64,000 nt of DNA, taken from positions 1 to 64,000 of the forward strand of contig JAJDET010000264.1 of assembly GCA_029259655.1 (NCBI GenBank). Direction: 5' to 3'. Position numbers and translations under genes: made by a program. Source of the DNA: Planctomycetota bacterium. GTDB taxonomy: Bacteria; Planctomycetota; UBA1135; GCA-002686595. Below the pieces are notes generated by a model that ran no database searches, was not told where the DNA came from, and was given only the letters and a program-made list of their open reading frames with translations. Shown here piece by piece: positions 1-9,508 of this stretch (the stretch's first letter is position 1; each line of letters starts with the position of its first letter).

Positions 1-202
1 CTAGCCCGGACTATTCATGAGCCGCGAGGCAGAACGCCTCGATTCGGGTCCTGCCGGTACCTTGCGCGTGCCGGCCCCGCAGGCGACCTTGACGGGTCGC
101 CGAGGACGCCGGTGCGTGCAAGGTGCCGGCAGGGGCCGAAAGGCCGGCGAAGCCGGCCGTTCGTGGTGTTCGGTCCGCGTGGTCATGAATAGTCCGGGCT
201 AG
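1..202. repeat. MITE-like segment: perfect 20-bp terminal inverted repeats (1-20 and 183-202) flanking ~160 bp
   Basis: ctagcccggactattcatga at 1-20 is the exact reverse complement of 183-202. The interior is not palindromic. The two short ORFs share only their IR-derived ends. Confidence 0.5.
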
Positions 203-1347
203 GTGAGAAGCTCCTTCACGCTCTCGCGACCGGAGCTAGGAGTCTCATCGGGCGGAGGTGTGGGGACCAGTACGTCAGCATCGTTGGTGCTCGGGTCGAA
301 CCTGATCTGACCACACACCAGCTGGGGCACGGCCGCGGGCCTGTCCGGATCACCGTGCTGCCCGATCCCGATGTCGAAGTAGGCATAGTCCCCTCTCAGG
401 CTCGAACCGTTTGGCGCCGGCAAGACCACGCAGAGTCCTCTCTTTGGGCTGCCGTCGACGTCGATTTGGTAGTCGAACATGACGCCGTCACCACCGGAGT
501 CCTGAACGAACGAGAGGTGGTCCGCCTTCCAGGGGACGGGATCCTGGTGGGCGATAGTCGTGTCGGCGTTCTCACCAGGGACCGTCGTCCACATGCGTTC
601 CCCGTTGAGGCACAACCCGCCGACCGGAGACCTCCGGAAACAGCAATTGCCCTCGTGCTTGTAGTTATTGCTCGAGGCGGTGACGGTGTACGTCCACGAC
701 CCGACCAGCCGTTTGAACAGTGCGTCCTGGGCCACGGCCTGGCGGAGAGCGCACGTCATGAAGGCGATGTCACAGTCTCCAGGACCGCCGGCTGCTACCA
801 CGGATTCCTCGATGGCATTGAGCCTCGAGAGCCGCTGCCGGTCTCTCCTCTTCACGATGAACGGGCCGACCAGGGCCAGAATGGTGAAGCCAGCCGCCAG
901 CGTCCACGTCGCTACGCCAGCCAGAGGATCGGTTCCCGCTGGAAAGAACTCCAGGAGCTCCTCGGAAGCCCTCGAGATCCTCTTCAGGATGATCGCGACC
1001 AAGGATGAGCGTTCCGGCGAGGGGAATTGCCTCTGCTCCGAGATCGTCCCAGCGATCAGGATCAAGAGGCCCCCACTCATGGCAGCGACGAGCTCGTCGG
1101 GCAGTAGCCAGATCAACACGATCGCTGCGGCGGTTCCGGCCGCAGCACCCGCAAGAGCGACCGGGAAAGTGAGAACCCAGTCCGTGGAGTCGGCCACGAA
1201 CATCGCGAACGACGCACTGGCAAGAGAGGCGGCGACTGCCGCCTTCCAGAGGAGCTGGAAGTGGTCCTTCATGGGCGATCGGAGGGTGGTTCGACCGACC
1301 CCGGCTCGGGATAACTGACCAGGAGGGGGTGGCGGCGTGTTCAGCAC
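199..1347 (-). CDS. hypothetical membrane protein (N-terminal TM helices plus a C-terminal soluble domain)
   Basis: 382-aa ORF with hydrophobic N-terminal segments. The real start may be the internal MKDHF (~1272). No recognisable family. Confidence 0.4.
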   Translation of the reverse strand: MLNTPPPPPGQLSRAGVGRTTLRSPMKDHFQLLWKAAVAASLASASFAMFVADSTDWVLTFPVALAGAAAGTAAAIVLIWLLPDELVAAMSGGLLILIAGTISEQRQFPSPERSSLVAIILKRISRASEELLEFFPAGTDPLAGVATWTLAAGFTILALVGPFIVKRRDRQRLSRLNAIEESVVAAGGPGDCDIAFMTCALRQAVAQDALFKRLVGSWTYTVTASSNNYKHEGNCCFRRSPVGGLCLNGERMWTTVPGENADTTIAHQDPVPWKADHLSFVQDSGGDGVMFDYQIDVDGSPKRGLCVVLPAPNGSSLRGDYAYFDIGIGQHGDPDRPAAVPQLVCGQIRFDPSTNDADVLVPTPPPDETPSSGRESVKELLT

Positions 1348-1551
1348 CGGAAGCAGCCCGACTCATCGCATCACCCGCGAGATTTCTATCGGGCGCGGCC
1401 CAAGTGGCCGTGAGCCGAGCTCTATCAATGCTTTAGGAGTTCAGCCCAGACGGCAGACGAAGACCGAAGGGGGCGCACGCCAGGGCTGAAGGGACGGCTC
1501 GCATCCTCACCGAGCACGACCGCCGGCTCGATTCGGCCCGAACTCCACGCC

Positions 1552-2730
1552 TCAGCGCGGGTCCGCGGCGCCGCGGCTGCGCAGCAGCTGACGCATCGCC
1601 TTGCGCGGCTTCATGTCCTTCGCGTGGAGGTAGAGCATCATGCTCGCCATCGAGTCCTGCTGCACGCCGGACGTGTTCTCGTAGACGCTGACGAGCTCGT
1701 ACTCGTGGCCCTTGAAGATCGGGATGCCCTCGACGCTCTTGATGTCCTCGACCTTGGCCAGCCCGATCTTCCCTTCGCCGGCCTGCGTGGCTTCGACCGA
1801 GAGCACCGTCTTGCCGGTCGTCAGGTCGCGCAACTCGAGCGTCTCGGCGAACGGGTGGAGGTGGGCCGCAACCATGTGGATGGTCGTGTCATAGGGCAAC
1901 ATGAGCATCCCGGTCACGAGCGTGTGGTACTCGTGGCGGCCCGGTTCCACGACCCAGTGCGCGGAGAAGCGGCGTCCCAGTCCGTCCTCGAGCAGGTGCT
2001 CGTCGGTGGCCGTGGGCGCCAGCGCACAGCCCGGTCCGTGGCGATCCTCGTCGACCGCGCGCTTGGGAAGGCCGTAGTAGCCGGAGTTTCCCTCGACGAG
2101 CGACAGTCCGGAGGCGCCGTTCTGGATGAGCGGCTTCAGCGGCTTCTCGAGGTCGCTGTCCTTCACGTAGTCGATGAAGACGCGCTGTCGCACTCTTAGC
2201 GTCTCGCCCACGATGTTGTGGTTCAGGACCTGCGTGGAGATGTCGAGCGGTTCGTTCGAGACCCACGGAATGCCGAACCCCTGCGGCATCTCGATGGCGA
2301 GCTGTCCCTGCGAAAGGACGGCCAGGCGGTCCCCCATCACCCTGAGTCCGGTGCCGAACTGTTCCCGATAGCTGGGGGGAGCATCGATGTTCGCGTGACA
2401 CATGAACTCCTCGGACAGCAGAGAGCCGTCCGGGTCCGTAACGGTGGCCTGGTAGCGAACGATCCACACCAGCTCGGGCTCGTCCTCCGGACTGCCCTCC
2501 ACGACGCGGATCGTGTCCTTCGCCATGGGACCTTCCATGGACTTGAAGATCTGGTCCACGGTGTAGACGGGAGACAGGTACTCGCGTCGATGCACGGGTG
2601 CGCCGCTGTGCACACCCGGGCCCCCGGCGCTCTCGGCCCGTTCACTTCCCGAGGGCGTTCCCGAGTCGGCCGAGCACCCGATCAGGGCAGCCAGGCCGAA
2701 CGAGACGACGGTGATGTGTGTTCGCTTCAT
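1552..2730 (-). CDS. hypothetical lipoprotein
   Basis: 392-aa ORF. N-terminus MKRTHITVVSFGLAALIGC has a lipobox-like LIGC. Several His-rich motifs (HLHPF, HEYH). Family not recognised. Confidence 0.5.
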   Translation of the reverse strand: MKRTHITVVSFGLAALIGCSADSGTPSGSERAESAGGPGVHSGAPVHRREYLSPVYTVDQIFKSMEGPMAKDTIRVVEGSPEDEPELVWIVRYQATVTDPDGSLLSEEFMCHANIDAPPSYREQFGTGLRVMGDRLAVLSQGQLAIEMPQGFGIPWVSNEPLDISTQVLNHNIVGETLRVRQRVFIDYVKDSDLEKPLKPLIQNGASGLSLVEGNSGYYGLPKRAVDEDRHGPGCALAPTATDEHLLEDGLGRRFSAHWVVEPGRHEYHTLVTGMLMLPYDTTIHMVAAHLHPFAETLELRDLTTGKTVLSVEATQAGEGKIGLAKVEDIKSVEGIPIFKGHEYELVSVYENTSGVQQDSMASMMLYLHAKDMKPRKAMRQLLRSRGAADPR

Positions 2731-2841
2731 GCTCTCCTTCGAGGAGGCAGTGTATCAGCGAGCCGACGGCGCCGGTTGTGCCGGCCTCGTCCACCCGCCG
2801 AAGGAGCCCGGGACCGGAATTGCCGGTAGGCTGATCGCCCC

Positions 2842-4986
2842 ATGTCGGTCGTGCTCTCGGTGCTGAGCCTTCTCTTGCTCTTCTTCTTGCCGGGGTACCT
2901 CGCCTTGCTGATCGCGAGGGGCGGCGAGGCGGAGCCCGGCCGCCTCTCGATCGTGGAAGCGATCTTCGTCGCGATCGTGTCGAGCGTGATCCTGACGACC
3001 GGTCTCTCCCTCGCGATGGGCTGGACGGACACGTTCTCGCCCCTGCGTCTGTTCCTCGTCGTCGCGACCCTCGCGCTGCCGCTGATTCTCACGGTCGTCG
3101 TTCGCCGGATCCCCTTGTTGCCGTGGACCACGTCGAGCCAGAGCCTCGTACCGTTCGGGCTGCTCGCGATCCTGGCCCTCGCGTACCTGCCCCCATCCGA
3201 ATTCGTCTTCGGCCGTCGGGACGACGGCACCTACGTGAACGCGGCGGCGCAACTCGCGAACGAGGGTGGGCTGCGGTTCGAGGACGACCTCCTGGCTCGC
3301 ATGTCGCCGGACGAGAGGCGGCTCCACTCCCCGCTCTACCTGCCCGGGTTCTACTTCACGGACCAGGAGCAGCGCGGTTCGATCGTCTCGCACGGCTTCC
3401 ACTTCTACCCCGCTTTCCTGGCCGCCCTCCATTCCGTGGGTGGGTTGTCGTTCGCGCTCGCCGGGCCCTGCTTCCTGACGCTGCTGTCGATCCTCGCCGC
3501 ATACCTGCTGGGTTCCATCCTTGCGGGTCACGGCGTCGGTGTACTGGTAGCTCTCCTGATCGGAATCCACCCGATGACCGTCTGGTTCTCGGGGGAGACG
3601 TTCTCCGAGGGAATGTGCGAGGCCCTGGTGCTGAGCTCGGCCGCCCTTCTCCTCCTGGGTTGGCGCGAAACCGCCGAGCCGCGCCGTTTCGGCGGCTTGC
3701 CCGCCTGTCTGCTCGCGCTCTCGGGTGTTGCCCTGTCGGCCGTTCACCTCACGAAAATCGAGTTCATCCTGTTGCCGGCGATCGTCGTGGTCTTCGCGTT
3801 CTGCGCCTGGGCGTACGGCCACATGAACTCGGCGAGATGGCTCTTTCCCGTCGGCTACCTGGTCGGTTTGCTGATCGCCCTGGCCCTCGCTTCGACGACG
3901 AACCGTCTCTACACGCTCGCCACGCTGAGCGTCTACGGCGAGCTCAACTCGACGCGGGCCGCCGCCAGCCTCGCTCTCGTACCGCTCGTGGGAGGAGCGC
4001 TGTTCTTCTTCCGGGACGCGCTGCGGAGAACGCTCCGCCGAGTGAGCCATGCCCGCGTCCTCTGGATCGCATGCGGCGTCACGCTGATCACCGTCGGTCT
4101 CCTCTACTCGATGGCGCCCGACCGCATTCCTCTGCGCACGCTGCGGGAGCCCTATCTCGAGATCTACGAGGGGAAACCGGAATGGCTCCCGCAGAGCCTG
4201 TTCCGGAGCGGTCGCAACCTTCAGGCTCTCGGCTTCTACCTGAGCGTTCCCGGCCTCTTCCTCGGTCTCCTGGGAGCGTTCCTGCTACTCGGGCGTCCCG
4301 CCGCGTTGCCGCTCGTCCCGACGCTGGTGCTCGCATGCGTCCAGACCGGGTTCTATGCCTATGCCACTTCGGTGGGACAGGGCCACATCGACTCGCACCG
4401 CAGGTTCCTCGTTCCGATACCCGTCCTGATTCTTTCCGCTGTCGTTCCCTTCTTCGTCCGCGCAGTGGGAGAACGGTTCGGGCGGATCGCCCGTGTCGCG
4501 GGTATCGCCGTGGCCGTCTATCTCGGTGCGCACTTCCTCCAGGCCTCGTGGCCCTTCCTCTGGAACCGTCCGTGGTGTGGTTCCGAGGCGACTATCCTCA
4601 GCGTCGCCGGTGAGGCTCCCGACAACGCCATCTGGCTGGCTTCGCGAACCGACGAGGACGCTGCCCGGCTCCTCGTCCCTCTTCAGTTCATCGCAGGGGC
4701 GAAGACCTTCCTCGTCGACGACGACATCGTCGACGGAGAGCGGCTCCCGACCCTGCTCACGAGACTTGGAGCGGAAGGCCTCACGCCGGTCGTGCTGCTC
4801 GGTCGGGAGCCGCCGGCGGAGTGGCTCCGAAGATGCCGGGAGGTCTTCGAGCCGTTCGAACCGCGGGTGATCGAGATCGTCGAACCGATCGTCGTCGGCC
4901 AGGTCCACCGCCTACCGGACACCTACGACTTCCGGCTGTGGCGCTATCACGTCTATTTGCACGAGGGCACGCGAGCGGGCGAGTAG
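2842..4986 (+). CDS. polytopic integral membrane protein, possibly a PMT/ArnT-like glycosyltransferase
   Basis: 714-aa ORF with >10 hydrophobic helices and loop regions. The overlapping antisense ORFs are artefacts. Confidence 0.5.
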   Translation: MSVVLSVLSLLLLFFLPGYLALLIARGGEAEPGRLSIVEAIFVAIVSSVILTTGLSLAMGWTDTFSPLRLFLVVATLALPLILTVVVRRIPLLPWTTSSQSLVPFGLLAILALAYLPPSEFVFGRRDDGTYVNAAAQLANEGGLRFEDDLLARMSPDERRLHSPLYLPGFYFTDQEQRGSIVSHGFHFYPAFLAALHSVGGLSFALAGPCFLTLLSILAAYLLGSILAGHGVGVLVALLIGIHPMTVWFSGETFSEGMCEALVLSSAALLLLGWRETAEPRRFGGLPACLLALSGVALSAVHLTKIEFILLPAIVVVFAFCAWAYGHMNSARWLFPVGYLVGLLIALALASTTNRLYTLATLSVYGELNSTRAAASLALVPLVGGALFFFRDALRRTLRRVSHARVLWIACGVTLITVGLLYSMAPDRIPLRTLREPYLEIYEGKPEWLPQSLFRSGRNLQALGFYLSVPGLFLGLLGAFLLLGRPAALPLVPTLVLACVQTGFYAYATSVGQGHIDSHRRFLVPIPVLILSAVVPFFVRAVGERFGRIARVAGIAVAVYLGAHFLQASWPFLWNRPWCGSEATILSVAGEAPDNAIWLASRTDEDAARLLVPLQFIAGAKTFLVDDDIVDGERLPTLLTRLGAEGLTPVVLLGREPPAEWLRRCREVFEPFEPRVIEIVEPIVVGQVHRLPDTYDFRLWRYHVYLHEGTRAGE

Positions 4987-4987
4987 C

Positions 4988-5917
4988 TCAATCTCCGTTC
5001 GCGGGCCAGAACCGGGACCAGGGATCCGCCCGCTCGTACGGACGCGCCGCTCCCGTGAAGGCGCGGGTCGTCGTCACGATCTTCAAGACCCGGCCCTTCG
5101 GATGGACGTGGACGTCGAAGAGCGGCTGCCGGTTGCCGACCAGCTTGCCCCGGAACCGGAAGATCCGGTCGCCGTCGGTGCTCTCTCGAGCGACGAGCGC
5201 GTGCTGGACGATGGGGCGATCCCGGAGAGCCTGTCGCGCGACCGTGAACAGCGACGCCTGAGGCTTCAGCTCGGGTTGCCCGACTTCGATTCGAATCGTC
5301 TCGGACTCGAACGGCACGTTTGCGGCTCCATCGAGCACGACGTGTCCGGCGACCTTCACCTCGTAGATCCCGGGCCGGGTGAAATCGGGAAGGGCCTCGG
5401 CTCTCCATGCGCCGCGCCGGCCATCGGGCTCGGTCGGGTCGATCAGCTCCTCCTCGTCCAGCCTGAAGTAGAAGGATGCAGACCCGAAGAACGGGAGACT
5501 GTTCGCGTGTGGCCGACCGCCGTCCGCCGTCAGGTGGAACACTTCTCCCGACGGCGTTGCGACGGCGAAGTCCATGGTCCCGATCGATTCCTTCACGAGC
5601 CACTGCTGGACCGCGAGGGCGCCGGCCTTGACGCGGCAATGCAACGCGATGTTCAGGGGATCGTCCGGGGCGAGCTGTGTGATGAACGGACGGAGGAGTG
5701 TCTCCGCCGCAGGATCGCCGGGCGTGCCGAGGCTCCTGGCGATCCGTCCCGGTGGAACCCGGTGCGGGATGGGGACCGCCTCCGCGAAGAGGACCTCGAC
5801 CGATGGCCTCGGAGGGAAGGCGTAGTAGGCGAGTCGCTGCAGATGGCCCTCCCGGATGGAAAACCACGCAGCCGCGCCCGCGGTGGCGAGAAGAGCGAGG
5901 GGCAGTCCGATCCTCAT
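4988..5917 (-). CDS. hypothetical secreted protein
   Basis: 309-aa ORF with signal-peptide-like N-terminus MRIGLPLALLATAGAAAW. Confidence 0.4.
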   Translation of the reverse strand: MRIGLPLALLATAGAAAWFSIREGHLQRLAYYAFPPRPSVEVLFAEAVPIPHRVPPGRIARSLGTPGDPAAETLLRPFITQLAPDDPLNIALHCRVKAGALAVQQWLVKESIGTMDFAVATPSGEVFHLTADGGRPHANSLPFFGSASFYFRLDEEELIDPTEPDGRRGAWRAEALPDFTRPGIYEVKVAGHVVLDGAANVPFESETIRIEVGQPELKPQASLFTVARQALRDRPIVQHALVARESTDGDRIFRFRGKLVGNRQPLFDVHVHPKGRVLKIVTTTRAFTGAARPYERADPWSRFWPANGD

Positions 5918-6018
5918 GACGGTTCAGGGGTAGGGCCGCTCGGATGTTACAGGGTTCGTCCGCGCTGACATCGCGGAGGAGAGTCCCGTCAATCCGGCTT
6001 GACGGGACCGTCGAGACC

Positions 6019-6038
6019 ATATATAACCCTTTGGTTAT
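6019..6038 (+). promoter_or_regulatory. putative ArsR operator: inverted repeat ATAACC-cttt-GGTTAT preceded by TATATA (-10-like), overlapping the ArsR ATG
   Basis: Perfect 6-bp inverted repeat at 6023-6028 and 6033-6038 with an AT-rich box just upstream. ArsR/SmtB repressors commonly autoregulate through such operators. Confidence 0.4.
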
Positions 6039-6396
6039 GCGTGAGGGCCAGCTCGATCTCGTCTTCTCCGCGCTCGCGGACCCGACACGGCGCGGGATGC
6101 TCGAGCAGCTCGCCGACGGAGAGACCAACGTCGGCACCCTCGCGGAGCCCCACGACATGTCGCAGCCGGCGGTGTCGAAGCACCTGCGCGTCCTCGAGCG
6201 GGCGGGATTGATCCAGCGCACGCGTTCGGGACGCGAGCACCGCATCCGGATCGACCCGCGTCCCATCGACGCCGCGAGCACGTGGATCGGGCGCTACGCC
6301 CGGTTCTGGAAGCAGCAGTTCGACGCCGTCGACGCCTACCTCGAGGCGCACGCGAAGAAGACAGGGAAGAACCCCGGAAAGAGACCCAAGCGATGA
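6037..6396 (+). CDS. ArsR/SmtB-family HTH transcriptional regulator
   Basis: MREGQLDLVFSALADPTRRGMLEQL...SQPAVSKHLRVLERAGLI is a classic ArsR winged HTH. Start taken at the ATG at 6037 inside the longer ORF. Confidence 0.8.
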   Translation: MREGQLDLVFSALADPTRRGMLEQLADGETNVGTLAEPHDMSQPAVSKHLRVLERAGLIQRTRSGREHRIRIDPRPIDAASTWIGRYARFWKQQFDAVDAYLEAHAKKTGKNPGKRPKR

Positions 6397-6875
6397 GTAC
6401 GGAAGTGAAGTTCGAGGACGGCAACCTGATCGTCACGCGCACCTACGACGCACCGAGAGAGCTGGTGTTCGAAGCCTGGGTCGAGACGAGCAAGGTCCAG
6501 CAGTGGTGGGGATGTGCCGAGTGCACGTCGGTTCGCTCGGAGATCGAGCTGAAGGTCGGCGGCAAGTACGACCATCACATGACGATCGAGGGAGCCGGCG
6601 AAGTACCCGGCTTCGCCACGCTCACGGAGTACGACCCTCCGTCGCGCCTCGCATTCACCTCCACCGGATCGGGCGGGCCCGGTCCCGACGCCGACATGAC
6701 CGTCACGGTCGAGTTCACCGAGGTGGACGGCGGAACACTCGTGCGGCTCGTGCATGCGGGCATCCCGGACATGAAGGTCCAGGGCGATGTCGAGCTGCGC
6801 GAGATCATCCGCGCGGGGTGGACAGCGGCGTTCGGCAAGCTCGGGAAGCTGCTGGGCGCTCCAATGCAGAGCTGA
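6393..6875 (+). CDS. SRPBCC / AHSA1-like (activator of Hsp90 ATPase homolog) domain protein
   Basis: Translation MSTEVKFEDGNLIVTRTYDAPRELVFEAWVETSKVQQWW. ATGA start/stop overlap with the ArsR gene. ArsR+SRPBCC is a common pair. Confidence 0.8.
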   Translation: MSTEVKFEDGNLIVTRTYDAPRELVFEAWVETSKVQQWWGCAECTSVRSEIELKVGGKYDHHMTIEGAGEVPGFATLTEYDPPSRLAFTSTGSGGPGPDADMTVTVEFTEVDGGTLVRLVHAGIPDMKVQGDVELREIIRAGWTAAFGKLGKLLGAPMQS

Positions 6876-6937
6876 CCCGGGGAGCCTCCTCCGGCATCGA
6901 GCTTGCGAATCGCTCCTGACTGGGCGAGATTCTGTGG

Positions 6938-8632
6938 GTGGTCGAGCGAACGATCCCACCGAACGCGCCTCTCCGGAGCGGCAAGCTCGGAGTCGCCGCC
7001 GGGCTCGTCTTCCTCTTCGCGTGCCTGACCGGCATGGCGCCCCCATCGTTCGCGCAGGGCGATCTCCAGGAGCAGGTCGGGCGTTTCCGGACGCAGGCGG
7101 CGACCCAGGAACGTCTCGATCTCGGAAGCTCCATCCTCGCGCGACTCGTCGACGAACCGGATGACGTCCTGGAGGCGGAAGTCCGGCTCGCGTTGGGAAT
7201 CGACCTCGTCGGATTCGAGCGGTTCGCAGAAGCGCGCGAGCACCTGGTGTTCGCGCTGGCGCTGGCTCGCCGCATCGAAGATTCCACGTCCCTTGCCCAC
7301 AGCGCGTGGGAGCTCGGGGTCGTGGCCTTCCGACTCGGCGAGTTCGCCTCGGGGATCGAATGGGCCGCGGAGGGTGCGGACGCCGCCGAGGCGATCGAAC
7401 GACTCGATCTCCTCTGGCGTTGCACCAACATCAAGGGGCTCATCGAGGAGCGCTCCGGCGACTATCCGGCTGCGCTCGACTCGTTCGCTCGCGGCCTCGA
7501 GGCCGCCGAGAAGGCCGGCGATCTCGGAGGGACGGCGACGCTCCACGGCAACATCGGCATCGCGCTGATGAACCTCGGCGACCTCGAGCGGGCCCGCGAT
7601 TCCTTCCTCCGTGCGCGCGAGTTGCAGGTCACGTCCGGCTCCCCATCGGGGTTGCCCTCGACCGTGGCGAACCTCGGAGACGTCAGCTTCCTGCTCGAAG
7701 ACCTGGACGCGGCCTACGAATTCCATGTCGAGGCGTTGCGCCTGCGGGAAGAGCTCGGGTCCGAGGTGGAGCTGGCGCTCTCCTACCACAGCCTCGGAGC
7801 CATTCACTACCAGCGCGGCGAGTACCGCCCGGCGCTGGGTCGTTTCGAACAGGCGCTCGGGCTCCGGCAACGCCTCGGCCTGATCCCCGAGCAAGCGGCG
7901 ACGCTGGCGGCCATGGCCCGCGTGTATGCCGCACTCGACGAGGACGACGAAGCCGCGCAGGCGGTCCAGAAGAGCCTCGAGATCACCGACGACCTCGACA
8001 TGCTGGGACGGCAACTGGGCATCCTCCAGTCGCTCGCAGTCGTCCTCGAGAAGCAGGGCAACCACGCCGAGGCGCTCGAGGCCTATCAAGACTTCTGGGC
8101 GCTCGAGCGCGAGCAACGCTCACGCGAGACTCGTGAACAGTACGCACGGTTCGAGGCCGAGCTGGACTCCAGGGAGAAGGAGCGCCGGATCGCCGCGTTG
8201 ACGCTGGAGGGAGAGCTTCGCGACCTGGCACTCGACAAGCACCGGCTGACGCGCAACTTCCTGCTGGTCGGATCGCTGCTGCTCGTCGTCGTCGCGCTCG
8301 CGGGTTGGAGCGCGTGGGCGGTCCTGCGTCGTACGAACCGGGCCCTGACGCTCGCCAACGTTGCAGTTCGGCAACACAGCGAGGATCTCGAGGCGGCATC
8401 CGAGCGCATCACGCGGCTCGAGGGCCTGCTCCCGATCTGTGCCCAGTGCAAGAGCATCCGAGACGAAGCGGGTGCCTGGCACGCCATCGAGGGCTACTTC
8501 GCGGACCGCGCGCAGGTGTCTTTCACGCACGGCTTGTGTCCGAGCTGCGTGGATGACTATCGCTCGGAAGCTCGACTCGCTCCCCCGCTCCCGAAGGCCG
8601 AGGAGCCCGGGAGCCGGGAATCACGAACGTGA
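6938..8632 (+). CDS. TPR-repeat protein with signal peptide, coiled coil, one TM helix and a C-terminal four-Cys zinc-ribbon-like domain
   Basis: Multiple TPR-like helical repeats. TM helix LLVGSLLLVVVALAGWSAWAVL. C-terminus ICAQCKSIRDEAGAWHAIEGYF...THGLCPSC. Confidence 0.65.
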   Translation: MVERTIPPNAPLRSGKLGVAAGLVFLFACLTGMAPPSFAQGDLQEQVGRFRTQAATQERLDLGSSILARLVDEPDDVLEAEVRLALGIDLVGFERFAEAREHLVFALALARRIEDSTSLAHSAWELGVVAFRLGEFASGIEWAAEGADAAEAIERLDLLWRCTNIKGLIEERSGDYPAALDSFARGLEAAEKAGDLGGTATLHGNIGIALMNLGDLERARDSFLRARELQVTSGSPSGLPSTVANLGDVSFLLEDLDAAYEFHVEALRLREELGSEVELALSYHSLGAIHYQRGEYRPALGRFEQALGLRQRLGLIPEQAATLAAMARVYAALDEDDEAAQAVQKSLEITDDLDMLGRQLGILQSLAVVLEKQGNHAEALEAYQDFWALEREQRSRETREQYARFEAELDSREKERRIAALTLEGELRDLALDKHRLTRNFLLVGSLLLVVVALAGWSAWAVLRRTNRALTLANVAVRQHSEDLEAASERITRLEGLLPICAQCKSIRDEAGAWHAIEGYFADRAQVSFTHGLCPSCVDDYRSEARLAPPLPKAEEPGSRESRT

Positions 8633-9034
8633 GTCGAGAGAGAGCTCGTTCCCGTCCGGGTCCGCGAACGCCGCGCTCGGGCCGGGCTCGAACGTCTCGG
8701 CCCAGCCCCACGCCTTGAGGAGGCGCCAGAGGTGTCCGGGGTGATAGCGCACGCCGGTACGCTTCGCGATCGCGTCGGCGATCTGCTCGACGGTCGTGTC
8801 GCGCGGGAGCGAGGCGAGCACGCGCGAGAGCTCCGCGCTCTCGAGCTTCGGAGGACGACCCGCCGGTTCGCCGCGCGCGAGCGCCCGTCGCCCATCCCTC
8901 TGCCACGCGCGTTGCCAGCGCATCGCTGTCGTGCGCGTCACGCCGAGCTCACGCGCGATCTGCGCCTGGGTCCAGCCGCGAGCGAAGAGGTCTGCGGCCC
9001 GCAACCGTCGCGTGAGAGAGGCCCGCTCTTCCAT
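8621..9034 (-). pseudogene. IS630-family transposase N-terminal HTH fragment (no DDE domain); remnant or domesticated DNA-binding protein
   Basis: MEERASLTRRLRAADLFARGWTQAQIARELGVTRTTAMRWQRAWQRDGRRALARGEPAGRPPKLE...HPGHLWRLLKAWGW matches the IS630 transposase N-terminal domain. The ORF then reads through into unrelated sequence and stops. Confidence 0.5.
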
Positions 9035-9135
9035 CGAGAGCGATCCTAGCGCGGATCGGCGGAGCACGGGTTGTCGCAGAATCGGGTTACACGCAGAATC
9101 CATTGGACCCCGTAGAGCGGGGCAGGAGGAAACCG

Positions 9136-9498
9136 ATGATCCAGGGCGTCCACGCCATGTTCTATTCGTCGCAGCCCGAAGAACTGCGCGCGTTCCTGCG
9201 CGACAAGCTGCAATTCCCGTTCACCGACGTCGGCCACGGATGGCTGATCTTCGACGCGCCGGAAGGCGACATCGGCGTCCATCCGGTGGAGGGGAGCCCG
9301 CCCACGGGCACCCACAGCATCTCGTTCTACTGCGACGACATCGAGGCCACGGTGGCCGAGCTCCGTGGACGAGGCGTGGAGTTCATCGGCGAGGTCGAGG
9401 ATCAGGGCTTCGGCCTGCTCATCAGCTTCGTGATGCCGGGCGACGTCAAGGTCGATCTCTATCAGCCCCACTACACGAAGAACTCGTCCAAAGCCTGA
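9136..9498 (+). CDS. VOC/glyoxalase-family protein
   Basis: MIQGVHAMFYSSQPEELRAFLRDKLQFPF...GVHPVEG shows a glyoxalase/bleomycin-resistance fold. AGGAGGA ribosome-binding site at 9124-9130. Confidence 0.75.
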   Translation: MIQGVHAMFYSSQPEELRAFLRDKLQFPFTDVGHGWLIFDAPEGDIGVHPVEGSPPTGTHSISFYCDDIEATVAELRGRGVEFIGEVEDQGFGLLISFVMPGDVKVDLYQPHYTKNSSKA

Positions 9499-9508
9499 GG
9501 AGACAGCC

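Noticed and set aside
2755-4613. Long ORFs 2755-4050(-) and 3123-4613(+), Arg/Pro/Gly-rich
   Set aside because: They fully overlap the polytopic membrane-protein gene 2842-4986 in other frames. Their composition is the typical antisense or out-of-frame artefact of ~70% GC DNA.
4953-8116. ORFs 4953-6281(-), 6336-7046(-), 6575-8116(-)
   Set aside because: Arg-rich and low-complexity, and they overlap well-supported genes (ArsR, SRPBCC, TPR protein).
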